A stretch of DNA of 61,461 bases, the filler included. It is 13 parts of 13 records of this genome, joined end to end, with 100 filler letters (N's around TTAATTAATTAA, not from the genome) between each part and the next. Parts side by side here need not be neighbours in the genome. Positions count along the whole stretch, not along the records: positions 15,998 to 25,257 come from SRR7504441_11915; positions 25,358 to 30,738 come from SRR7504441_11921; positions 30,839 to 34,251 come from SRR7504441_11923; 10 more parts are not named here. One strand, given 5' to 3'. This document shows, one piece after another, positions 21,901-32,948 of this stretch. Numbering within the stretch: the stretch's first letter is position 1; every line of letters starts with the position of its first letter. The translations under genes were made by a program, and so were the position numbers. Below the pieces are notes generated by a model. The model was not told the DNA's origin. It ran no database searches and saw nothing but the letters and a program-made list of their open reading frames with translations.

Positions 21901-22851
21901 AGATGAGGATGATGAGGACGACGAAGAGCCGCCAAGGAAGAAGAAGAAGAAGGGCGTGAAGAAGCAGCGTATTCTGGATGAAGAGGAACTGCATGCTGCA
22001 AAGTGGGCGCTTCGCGAGCATATGCACGGGGTGCGGGCCATCGGCAAGGAGCTCACAGCACGCACCAGATCCCTGCGCTATTTTCAATGGGTGCGTGATT
22101 TCCAGAGCAGCTCTTGTGAGCCTACGTGCGTCCGCTGTGGCACGGCGTACCCACAGGAAGAGGTCGGGGTCCTGTCATGCTGCGGGCATGTCGGTCGGCT
22201 CGCCTGTTTGAAGCAGATGGCCGATCGCGAGGAGTGTGTTGACCCTGGTTGCTCAGCTCCAGTCAAGCCTGAACATATTGTAGCTGCGACTGCTCTTGGG
22301 AGTGACAACGAACAACAGAAGGGCAGTGAATACGGGACCAAACTGGCAACGATCATTTCCAAAGTCAAAGAACTTGTAGCCCAGGAAGACCGAGTTCTAA
22401 TCTTTGTTCAGTTCAGCGATCTCAAGGAGAAGGTCGCAGCAGCGCTTGAGTGCAATGGGGTGCGCACACTGCAGGTAAGGCCTGCAAATCATCAGGTATG
22501 CTGACAGGTAATTTGTGGCAGGTGCGCGGTTCCCTGCACACACAGGTGAAGGCATTGACAGCCATGCAGAATGAAACACTCAAGGAAGACGACCCAAGGG
22601 TGTTGCTCCTCACAATGGACGACGAATCTTCGTCAGGCGTGAATCTGACCACTGCAAACCACGCAATATTTGTGCATCCTCTCCTTGCCGAGACGAAACA
22701 ACAATACGATGCTTACGAGACTCAGGCTATTGGCCGCATCCGACGGTATGGACAAACAAAGACTTGTCATATTTGGAGATACATCTGCCCATCCACAATT
22801 GATACTGAGATATTCAAGCTGCGAACAGGTAGAGATATCGAGACAGAGTAG
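15998..22851 (+). CDS. DNMT5: DNMT5-type C5 cytosine methyltransferase with SNF2 ATPase and RING finger (5' truncated, 9 introns)
   Basis: MTase motifs LRVATMCSGTESP, AGTSCVDYS, ILENV, IPQTRQRGY, DLAGNAMST. SNF2 motifs ADQVGYGKT, VVVPQHLMGQW, VVDEFHY, LSGT, QAIGRIRRYGQ. RING CVRC...CCGH...C...CVDPGC. Introns 16508-16545, 16609-16649, 17505-17550, 17632-17672, 20346-20388, 21067-21112, 21425-21466, 21560-21601, 22475-22521. Confidence 0.92.
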
Positions 22852-23075
22852 CCGAAAAATATGTACGTACATACGTAGCTTGAAAGGCTTGGGCCGTGAT
22901 GACAAGACTGCTAGTCCATGCCTAGTTTATATACAATTTAGTACAATCATGTACGTGTACAGTACCTACTTTTGTACATAGTTTGGTCGCATTCCAAGCA
23001 GCTGCCCCGGCCGCAGGCTGACTGGCAGGAAAGAGTTGAGATGGAAATAATAATATCGACGGTAAGCATTAATCA

Positions 23076-25257
23076 ATGGCAAAATCGAGGCCGTGTTGGC
23101 CGATTGTGCCGCAGCTCCTGGCACTGCTCGTGCTGGCGACGGATGCCCAGGAGCCAGCGCAGTTGGACGGGCTTCGGAGCATCAGGGACGCCGCTTTGGC
23201 TGACACGAGCCGGCAAGCCGCCGCGTTGCGTGACGCCAGGGTCGGTCTACGGCGCAACAACCAGGCCCACCGTGCTGCAGCCCGCGAGCTCCGCGATGCC
23301 GAGGCCGAGCGGGACAAAGCAAGCGCGGCGCTTGCCAAAGCCGAGGCTGAGGCGCCTCAGATCCAGCATCGTCTGCGCGAGGCGTCCGAGCAGCTATCCA
23401 ACTCGGCCGCGAGCCTCAGCCAGGCCAAAAAGGCGGCCGCACATGCGGATGGGGTCCGGGATGAGGCTCGCCAGCGGGTGGAACATGCCGAGAGTCGGGT
23501 TTCTGAGACGGAGACGGCACTGGCTGTGGCAATGGCCGAGCTCAAGGAGAAAAACAAGGGGATTGACGCCGGGAGGGCCGGGCTGAGAGAGGCGAGGAGC
23601 CAGCTCAAGGAATTGCGCGCGGCGGCAGGGATGGCCACCGGAGATCTCGACCACGCGGCGAGCAAGCAAGCGGCGGCAGAAGCGGCGGAGGCCAAGACGC
23701 GAGTTGCGCTGGAGGCGCAGGTGGTGGCACTTAGGCGAGCTCGCGTGACTGAGGCCGACTTGGAGAACGCATTGCAGGCAGGCGAGCTTAGCCTGGAAGA
23801 GCTCAAAAAACGGGCCGATGACGCCAGCATGGTGCAAGAGGCAATGGGCCGTCAACTCAAGGAGAGCCTGGCGAGATTCCAAGAAGCGAGCCTGCTTGCC
23901 ACTGATAAGGCCGCACAGACCAAGAAGGCCAAGGACATCTTAGACAAGCTCCAGCGTGGGGTGGACGCGGCGGCGACCGGCCGGAGCACCGCTACCAAGC
24001 TGGTCGAGGAAGCAGATGGGCAATTGTCCGTTCTCAGGAAACTGATAGGGAAGGTCTCATCTCTCAAGCAGGACCGTGAGATCTCCAAACGGTGACGGCC
24101 GGGCGCAGGCTGGCTGACTGGACCGGCAGGGAGAAGCAGTTTGTGGACAAGGAGAGTGCTCTGGCCCACCAGAGTGCGGCCAGCGCCTCCGACCGTGTGA
24201 GCAAGGTAAAGCGCGAGAAGGTGCTCGATCAGGCGGATGTGCACCGCCTCAAACTGCAAGCCGCCAAAGACGCGGATGGCTTGGCCGAGATGCAAAGGGT
24301 GCGCCCGCTGGCCGGTGCGAATCTTACTGCGGTGCAGCGGCTGAGCCTAACGACTTCCAAGCTGCGACGGGCCCAGAAGCACCAGAGCAAGTGCCGGGCA
24401 AATCGGCAGCAAGCCGAGCAACAGATGGCAGTCAAAGCGCGGGCCCACATTCCGGCCGGGACCAAGATCGAACGAGCCCAGGAGATACTTGAGAACTCGA
24501 AGAGCCGGCTCAAGATGGCTCACATGCAGCTGGATCGGGCGCTGCATTCCGAGCATTCGGCCATGAGCAAGACAAAGCTTGCCCAGCAGGCTCGTGATGA
24601 GCTGGCCGGGCGTGTGGACCAGCTGCAGACGAAGCTCAGCCAGCACCGGGAGCAGCTAGAGGCAGCCAAACTAAGGCTAGCTGGGCTGCAGCCGGTCGAG
24701 GATAGCGGGGCCAAGAGGTCGGAGCACGCTGCTGAGGCCAGAGCCAATCGGGCCGAGCACGTGTACGAGACTGTGAGCGAACAGCTGGAGCGGGCCGAGG
24801 AAGACATCAGGACTACGGAGAGCAAGCTGCAGGGGCTGCAGACTGAGCGGCGGAAACTGGCAGTCCAGATGCAGGTCAGTCAGCTCAGGGTGGCAGCCTG
24901 ATCGGCGGTGCAGGCGCAGCTGAATAAATTGCAACCGGCTCGAATGTACGCGCCAACGGGGGAAAAGAATGAGCCGGACCAGGTAACCAAGCTTGGCAGG
25001 CTCCCGGCCGATCATGGGAGGGTGTAGGCTCCAGGGATTTCAGCTACGCAAGCGCAACACATGGAAGCGATGGTAGATAAGATGGAAACTACCGCCGCAG
25101 CCAATAAGCGGAAGGAGAAGAGGAAGAAGGCGAAGCGGAAGCTGGACAAGAAGTCGAAGGGAGCGCTGAAGAAGAAGATGGAGAGAAAGCTGAACACGCT
25201 GAAGGAGAAGATGAAGAAGGCGAAGCGGAAGCTGAAGAAAGGGCTGAAGAGAAAGCT
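23076..25257 (+). CDS. Secreted long coiled-coil protein with Lys-rich tail (3' truncated, spliced)
   Basis: Signal peptide (VPQLLALLVLATDA) and Ala/Glu/Arg heptad-rich sequence. Intron 24092-24129 and two more near 24875-25030 join ORFs 23076, 24092 and 25061. Runs into the gap. Confidence 0.65.
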
Positions 25258-25357
25258 NNNNNNNNNNNNNNNNNNNNNNNNNNNNNNNNNNNNNNNNNNN
25301 NTTAATTAATTAANNNNNNNNNNNNNNNNNNNNNNNNNNNNNNNNNNNNNNNNNNNN

Positions 25358-26604
25358 TCTCCTCTGCCGACATGGCTGCCACTTTTTCTGCCTCTCTTTT
25401 CGTTTTATTTGCCTCTGCCTGTGCCTTTTCGGCCGCTCGATGCCTCAGGACGCCTCCAAAAGCGGGATGCAGTAATGTCCGGTGAGCTGTAGTGACCTTG
25501 TCCGACTTGAGTGTGTTACCTGCAGTGTGGCTGTTGGGAGATGCACCTTCAAGATCTTGAAGGTCAGGCTCCTCGATCCCCCACCGAAAAAAAGGTCGGT
25601 TCGGATCTAATTGCAGTCCGAGTCCTTCGGAGTCCGTCTCTAAAAGGTCGCCGTATTGCCAAAAGCCAAACCCCAAGATTAACAAGAGCGACCCGAATAA
25701 TAATAAGTTCTGCCGGGAGGAGGAGACTCTGCGCCGCTCATCCTGGAGTTGCTCTTTCTGCCGGAGCTCCCCCCCTTTCACGTTCAGCAATACGTTAGCC
25801 GCACTGGCGTTTAACTCAACCAGCTCACGCGACATTCTGCAGGGCCCATATACTCATGCCGCTCCTTATGCAACAGGAGACCTGAGGTTGCCGTGGTCGA
25901 GGTCACTATACAGCGTTCCATCGGAGAAAATCTCTGCACGAGACCGATTAATTACTGACTGTTACAACCAGTGGCACCGGGGTCAGGGTCCAGGTACTTC
26001 ATCGACGCTGCTTTGAGCAGTGTCTTTTGTAACGCATTCGCCGCTTCAAACAGCACGTGACGTCCACTGCACCAGCGTCAGCACCGCACCAGGCTAGGCA
26101 TCTGCCACCATCCGCACCGCACCATCTGCGAGAACTCGTGGTATTTCAACCTGTCCAGGCACCGGCTCAGGCCCAGCAGGGCACCGGGCGCGCACTTGGC
26201 CTCGAAGTAGAACCCGCGCAGGCAGCCCGGTGCTAGATCCTGTGCCCTGGAGGCGTCCTGTTGCATCTTCGTACGAAGCTCTTTGAGGCGTTCGTCTCGG
26301 ACAGCTTTGTGGCCCTGCACAGACATCCTTTCGTACAGCGCCGCTCGGATCATGTAGTTGACTGCGTCGTCCGGACAAATCTGAATCGCCACCGCCATCG
26401 TCTCGAAAGCCTGTACCGGGGCTCACGTCCCGATGGCGTGGCGCAGAGCCGGACCTCGGTGGTGTCACCCCTTTTGAACGAGTTGACGGCCTCGAGCCGG
26501 TATGAAGATGCAAGCTTCTCATCCATCGCCTCTGGCAATGCCTCCGCCAATGCCTGCTCCTCAGCTTCGCGTCTGTTCCCAACAGAAGATACGACAACGG
26601 ACAT
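25358..26604 (-). CDS. TPR-like protein with a transmembrane helix (spliced, 3' truncated)
   Basis: TPR-like segments (AIQICPDDAVNYMIRAALY, AQDLAPGCLRGFYFEAK). Short introns link these to ORF 25835, which has the TM stretch LLLFGSLLLILGFGFW. Confidence 0.5.
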
Positions 26605-27168
26605 GACATTAATAATACGACAACATCGGTGCACCTCGCCGGAGGCACGAGGAGGTGGGCTTCTGGTACTGCGGGTTCTTGTTGGCTCGCGGCATGCTGC
26701 TTATCTTGCAACAGCGCTCCAGGTTGAATCGTACTGAATTCCGGTGGTTGCGCGAACGTCGGCCGAAGTGCTGTTGTGTGCTATTGTGGCTCGCCTAATC
26801 CTTGGCGCGCTTTGCGTATTTGGCCCAACAATTGCTCTCGATCTCCGGATTATTGCTAGTATGTGACTACATGTATAATAATTATGTACGAGTCCATTAT
26901 GTACGGTTCCATCACTCATCACTCATCGTGAACACATCACGTGCACTCATAATTATAAGATATCGATGTCTGGATTAAATGAATTGTGGAGGGAAAACGT
27001 GTCACAATGTCAAGGAGGTTAATTAAAGGAATGTGCTTTATATTCTCCATATATTCTTTGAGGCAATCTTGTACCAGATGAATTTGAAGCCGAGCATTTA
27101 GATGGCAATCGTGTGTATGCCACCAGCACCGCCATGCATCATCGCATCATCCCATGCCGCACGAGGCC

Positions 27169-28773
27169 TTATTCTGTGGCGTTCGCCCCTTTCGATGAAA
27201 GTTTGCCTAACTTCTCGTTAATTGCGCTTAGCCTCTCCTCGAGTTGGTTCAGATACCCCGCACTCTCGCCATCCGGGTCATTGCCTGCTGCCAGCTCTGC
27301 CCGCGCAGTTGCTATTTCGTCCTCCGTCTCGCGCTTCATTTTGTCTAGCTTGGCCTTCTTCTTCATCTTCTTCTTCATATACTGCACTAGACACCGCTTG
27401 AAGTGTTCGTCCTCTGCTACGTCCCCCCTCTTCTTGGCCTCTTCGGTCGCCCCAGCCACCGAACTCGGCACCGCCATCAGTTCCCTACGATTGTCGGCCA
27501 CTCCCCTATCCGGCGCATTCAGCCAGCTCGCCAGCTGCAGGGACTCCATCTGCTCGAGCCGTTGCTGCACCACCGCTCAGCTAGGCGCCCCGGCTGGCCT
27601 GCCTTCATTTTGGCGCTAATCTTCTCAGCATCAAGATCCACTTGACCCAACACACTCCCGCCACACACGTACAGCCCTGTATCGAGCATCCCCAGATCTA
27701 CCGGCCCATCAACCCCCGCGCTCCCGGCCAGGCCCACCCTCGGACGCAGGGTTGCTGCTGAGCTCCTCCCCAATCGCCTCAAGCAGTGGTTTCATAGGGC
27801 TGTGGTACCTGCAGCAGCGGCTCAGCCGGCGGTTCAGGCCGAGCCTGGCGGCCTGAGCTGCTCCCTGTCCACAAACTCTTGGGCAATGCTCTTGGACATG
27901 TTTTTGCCGTGCTGCAGATGTATGCACAGGCCGTCATCGTCGGTGCTCAGGCATATCTCATTCCCGTGGTGCCTACACGCCCTCAGCCAGGCTCACACTC
28001 GCACGCACACCTGAGCAACATTAAAAAGCCCTGGTCCTCGGCCCACGAAACGTGCGGGTACTTGACTTTCTCCATTAGCGCCGTGTAGTGCAGGAGAGAG
28101 AACCCGTAGCTATAGAGCATAGTCTTGCGCTTCTGCTCAGCTGGCGGAGGGAGCGGCTGGGTAAGGTCTGTATGAGCGCACACGCCCAGCTGGGTATCGT
28201 ATGTGAACCAGGAGGCCAGCTGCCACCCACTCAGCCGGCTGGGCGGGGCTGTCCGGCGCCTTGATCACTTGACAGTTGGCCTGGTGCATACGATCTACCA
28301 TCACTGCCAGATAGGACGGCGCATACCTGCCCACACCGTCAGCCCGCCGCCCGCCCTTCGGGCGCACATGTCGTCGTCGTCAAACGACGCCAGAATCTCC
28401 CCGCGAGCCATTTCCCCGCCCTGCCCAGCGCTCGGTCCGGTGGCCCCGGCCGGCGCACCATGTTGCGCTTCTCGCCGATCGAGACGGCATTCTCTGGGCC
28501 TTGGATGTGCGTGTAGCGGACGCGCGGGTCGTCCAGCCCGGCGAAGAAGGGCGAGGCGGTGGGGCCGGTGTCGATTACGATCAGCTCCTTGCTCGGATAG
28601 TCCTGCATATCGAACGAGGTATACAGCCGGCTGTGGTAGACGTGGCGGGCCCCGATCGTGGGCGAGACCACGGTCACCATCGGCCGGGCTGTCTGAGGCA
28701 CCGCTGCGTCGGCTGGCCGGGTGGCCTCGAGCCGGTCCAACTGAGAATGGATGTGCGCGATCGCTGGATCCAT
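27169..28773 (-). CDS. Glycosyltransferase family 2 (GT-A fold) protein with coiled-coil C-terminus (spliced)
   Basis: Motifs PMVTVVSPT, QDYPSKELIVID, SIGEKRN, ILASFDDDD(M)YAPSYL and WAED. GC-AG introns at 28220-28259 and 27809-27852. The C-terminal junctions are less certain. Confidence 0.8.
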
Positions 28774-28867
28774 GTCGGCCGGAATAACGGACTTTTGCAG
28801 GTTGGTGAGGTGTTGCCCTCTGCCCCTCTCAGCACCAGCAAGGGCTTCCACGGCTTCCGCCCAGGAA

Positions 28868-30666
28868 ATGGAAGCGGAGGAGGAGGCTGCGATCCAGGCG
28901 GAGGCGGACCGTCTCTTCGACCGGGTGTTTGAGCAGGGCACCCAGCTCAAACCTGTCCAGCCGCAAGTGCGGCTCTGCCGGTACTATGAGATCGCGGAGG
29001 ACCTGGCTAAGCAGGCCGCCGCCCGCGACCGCAAGTGGCGGCATCTCTGGCGGCAGGATGACCTGAGCACGGCGTACATTCTGCTGCTCCGGGCGGTGCA
29101 CTACGTCACGGCCGAGATTCCAAAGCATCCGCAGTACAACGCGCCCGAGTACGCACTGGACAAGAAGATGTTCCGGCAGCAGGCCGCCGGACACCTGAGC
29201 AAGCTCGAGCAGCTGAAGCCGGAGCTGAAGGCCTGTTGCCTCCGCACCGCCCGAGCAAGCCACCAGCCCAAGCCCAAACCCCAACCGGCCCCGCCTCCTC
29301 CGCCTGACGAACCATACCCAGAGCCTGTGAGGAGCGTCGAACCAGGGCTGCTGCAGGCGGCCAGGCAGGCCGAGCTGGACCGCGGGTTGGCCGAGGGCGC
29401 CACCGTGCTGCACAAGCCCAGCCTGGAGCTTGTGACGATCGCGGCTGTGCACCTCGACGACACTGCGCCATACTACACGGTTCGGAACCAGAAGGGTCAG
29501 GAGCGCCAGACCACCGGCGAACATCTGGAGGTCACCGAGTCACCGCCCAGCCCGGGCAGCCAGCCCCCGCCGGAGCTGGCCTACCCTACGATTGGCGGGC
29601 AGGACGTAGAGCCGGGGGCTGAGCCAGAGCACGCCGAATCGGATGACGACTCGGACCCGCCTTATGAGTACCCCAACGTGGTCTACCCCCAGCTGTCCAG
29701 GCCGGCCCCGGCGCCGAGCGCCCCATTCGTAGCCCGCGCACTTCCAGCCGCCTCGGGCAACAGCCCGCCGCCGCCGCCGCTGCCGCCCCCCCCACCGCCA
29801 ATTGAATCCCCGCCGCCCGTTCCAGTGAGGAGGCAGCCACCGCCAGGCCGCGTGGGGCAGCCGCTGGCTCCTGGGGCGAGACGGCCGCCGCCGCCTCTGG
29901 GCCCAGGCGCCAGTGACTTTGATCGTGCAATCCAGGTAGCGTTTGGCTGGAGCTGCAATCAGCCCCGGGCGGCAGGCAAGCCTGCAGGAGCAGAACCGAG
30001 TGATGCAGAAACGTGCGGTACTTGCGGTGCGCCCCCCGCCCGGCTAGGTCTGAGCGATGGCCAGAGTAATCTGCGAAAGAGGGGCTTCCAGGAGCAGCAG
30101 GTACCAGGGGACAACAACTGCCAGGTGCCCTGGCGAGCAGCTGGCACTGACTCCGAGGCAGTTCCATGCGCTGGCCAAGCAGCTAAACCAGGTGCCGCGA
30201 TCGGGCGAGGCCAGTGATGAGCCTGGCTTGGCAGAATGGGCTGTCTGGCTGGACTGCGCTCACGCTGCGACGTGAGATCGTGAGTTGGCTGAGGGGGCAC
30301 ACCCGGAACGGTGCCACTGCGGCTGGTCCGGCTGAGTGGACGGCAGGCGGGATCTTGATGGACCTCGATGGGATCGGCGAGGCCACCACGCTCAAGGACG
30401 CGGCAGGGGTGGACAACTGGGCTGAGTATTGCCATACGATGGCGCTACATGGCGTGACGTGGGGCGACGAGCTGACGCTGATCGCAGCGGCGGCTATCTT
30501 CCGGGCGGAGGTTGTCATCATCAGCTCGGTCAAGGAGGACGCATGCACAGAGATCACGCCCCCGGCTGCGTGGCGGGTGCCTATAGAGCGGCGATTGATC
30601 CTCGGGCACTACCACGAGTACCACTACACCTCAGTCGAACCGATCTCTACTACACGCCAGGCCTGA
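28868..30666 (+). CDS. OTU-family deubiquitinase with N-terminal USP8-dimerisation (AMSH/USP8 MIT-like) domain and Pro-rich linker (spliced)
   Basis: N-terminal RYYEIAEDL...AYILLLR...EIPKHPQY. After splicing, the OTU Cys box reads VPGDNNCQFHALA, followed by WGDELTLIAAA and His box YHEYHYTSV. Confidence 0.8.
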
Positions 30667-31035
30667 CTGTTACTAATCCATACAGGACATCTTAATAAAT
30701 ATATCTGTTATCGTGCTTTGCCAACAGGTCTACTTGGCNNNNNNNNNNNNNNNNNNNNNNNNNNNNNNNNNNNNNNNNNNNNTTAATTAATTAANNNNNN
30801 NNNNNNNNNNNNNNNNNNNNNNNNNNNNNNNNNNNNNNAGAGGGTCGTGCGCGTCCGTGTCGCCCAGCGCTTCTCGCGCTCGCCGCTGCGGACTCGGGAG
30901 ATGGGCCGGTGCCGGTTGCGCCATCGATCAGGCAGATCCGTTACGGTCAGGCAGTCAACGCTTCACAGTTGGACTGAGGTAAGGTCCCTCGGCGTCGGCG
31001 GCGAGCTTCAGCACAGCTGCAGCGTTCACTGCAGC

Positions 31036-31416
31036 ATGGGGGCAAAGCGCTGGAAGACGGGAGCTGCCACCAAAAGCGACGAAACGACCAGCGCGGCCAA
31101 GGCGGCCGCCAAGGCGTCAAAGAAGAAGAAGGGCGGGCTGGGCATCATCAAGTGCTCGGGGAGCAAGAAGTACGAGCGTGTGGCGATGGTCGCCGGCGCT
31201 TTCATTCACGCGGTGCGGTCCGGTAGGAGCGTCTCCCTAAACCCCGGGCGGTACAGGCAGTCATCAGCGGGGGGATTTCGGCGCTCGCGTACACGATGGG
31301 CTGGGAGGACCCGGTGCCCCTTCGGCTGGCCGCCCTGGTGAGACGAACCGGTGCAGGCGTACATGACGTTCTTCGGGATTGCACTGGTTCCCCTAGCAGT
31401 CGTCGCCATGAAGTGA
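31036..31416 (+). CDS. Small membrane protein with basic N-terminus (2 introns)
   Basis: ATG at 31036. Two ~45-nt GT-AG introns give the hydrophobic segments VAMVAGAFIHAAVISGGISALAY and YMTFFGIALVPLAVVAMK*. Confidence 0.5.
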
Positions 31417-31666
31417 TGCGGAGGTGGGCCGTGCTGGCTGATGCTCTGGCTCTCTAATAATACGTACGAAACTATACTCGATAATACCAATCTAATACAA
31501 ATCTATCTATAAACATCCCACGGAGCGTTGATTCACTATGAACCAATCAATTAAAAGAGTGCATGGCCAGCTTAGTAACTATGCAGGCCACGTACGGTGC
31601 TTGAAAATGTTAGGAGCAGTATTCACGACAATAGTGTCACGAGCACGATCACAACTCGGCAAATCA

Positions 31667-32755
31667 TCACGGTAATTCGGGAACAAGCACGTAGCCTTCG
31701 GGTAGCGTGTACTGTTGCCGCACAATTTCTATTTGTTCTGTGTGGTGGTTCACCGTGCTGGCCTTTTTGAGAGCCTTGCGCATCTCCGAAGCCTCTTGGT
31801 TCACTTGGATGAGCTCCAACTCCTTTGTGTTCAGCCGCTCCGTGAGCTGACGAATCTCCCGCATAGATCCCTGACGCTCCTCGTGCACCTGCTGCAGCTC
31901 CTTACACAGCTGCTCCGCTTCGGCCCAGGCCTTCTTCCCTTCCACTCGGAACCGCTCGCTCTCAGCAGCCAACTCTCGCTGCGCTTCCCTGCAGTCTTGC
32001 CTCAGCTTCTCCACATCCAACGCATCAAAATAAGCTTGCAATCTTTCCCGCTCGCCTCTCTCCTGCTCGAGCTCTAATTGCAGCCTGCGCTCCGCTGCCA
32101 CATACGCCGCGATTTGGGCCTCTAATTTTGTCCGCTGCTTCTCCAGCTGCTGCCTGGTCCTCTCGGTAGTCTCTCTCTCCATCGCCAGCTGCGTGCTGTG
32201 CCTGGTTTCGAGCTCCGAACGCAGCTGCTCCTTGGATTGGATTTCGGACTCGAGCCGGGCCTGGTGCCGGCCCTGGAGCTCCCGCCGCATCTGCGACTGT
32301 TCAACCAGGTGGCTGGTGTCCATCTCCCGGAGCTGGTGCTCCAGCCAGACCCGCTCGGCCTCCACCTCGGCCCGCAGCTCGCGCAACTCGCGCTCGAGCT
32401 CCTCATTTGATTGCTGCAGCGCTGTGCTTCGGGACATGGACTCTGCCGCATTGGCTGCCTCCAGCTCGGCCACCCTCGCCCTCAGCACCTGCACCATGTG
32501 GCACAGCTCGCGTTTTTCCATCGCGGTCCGCCCGTTTGTGCCCAGATTAGGCCAGCGCTCCGTAAAACTGTCGGCAGTGCACGGGCGGTGAGCCTGCTCC
32601 GGGGCCACATCATTAGCGCTTCTGGCTGGAGCTGGGGCTGGGGCCCGCAGCCTGTGGATCTCGGCGCATGCCTCTATAAAGCTCGAGAGGCTAAGTCTAC
32701 TGAAGCGGTCACAGTGCCGCTGGAAAATCGCACGCTCGTCGGTGCATGCGTCCAT
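31667..32755 (-). CDS. Coiled-coil hypothetical protein
   Basis: Uninterrupted 362-aa ORF rich in E/Q/R/L heptads. Confidence 0.7.
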   Translation of the reverse strand: MDACTDERAIFQRHCDRFSRLSLSSFIEACAEIHRLRAPAPAPARSANDVAPEQAHRPCTADSFTERWPNLGTNGRTAMEKRELCHMVQVLRARVAELEAANAAESMSRSTALQQSNEELERELRELRAEVEAERVWLEHQLREMDTSHLVEQSQMRRELQGRHQARLESEIQSKEQLRSELETRHSTQLAMERETTERTRQQLEKQRTKLEAQIAAYVAAERRLQLELEQERGERERLQAYFDALDVEKLRQDCREAQRELAAESERFRVEGKKAWAEAEQLCKELQQVHEERQGSMREIRQLTERLNTKELELIQVNQEASEMRKALKKASTVNHHTEQIEIVRQQYTLPEGYVLVPELP

Positions 32756-32948
32756 TGATGAGTTTCTCGAGGAGCTTTTCGGACTGACCGACTCTTCGTA
32801 GTCTGAATCATACGTCGTCGTTGCTCTAGGCAGTGCGATGTGCAGTATTCAACTATCGACGGGCTACCGACGGGCTAGATGTCACGCTATCATGATACAC
32901 GTACTGCATACAAGGTTCGAAGGTTCCGGTTGTAAAGCAGTTGATGGA

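Noticed and set aside
16500-22520. Apparent frameshifts or stop-codon reassignment breaking DNMT5 and other genes
   Set aside because: Each break I examined in DNMT5 and most other genes is explained by a short GT-AG or GC-AG intron that restores conserved motifs. No alternative genetic code or pseudogene call is needed.
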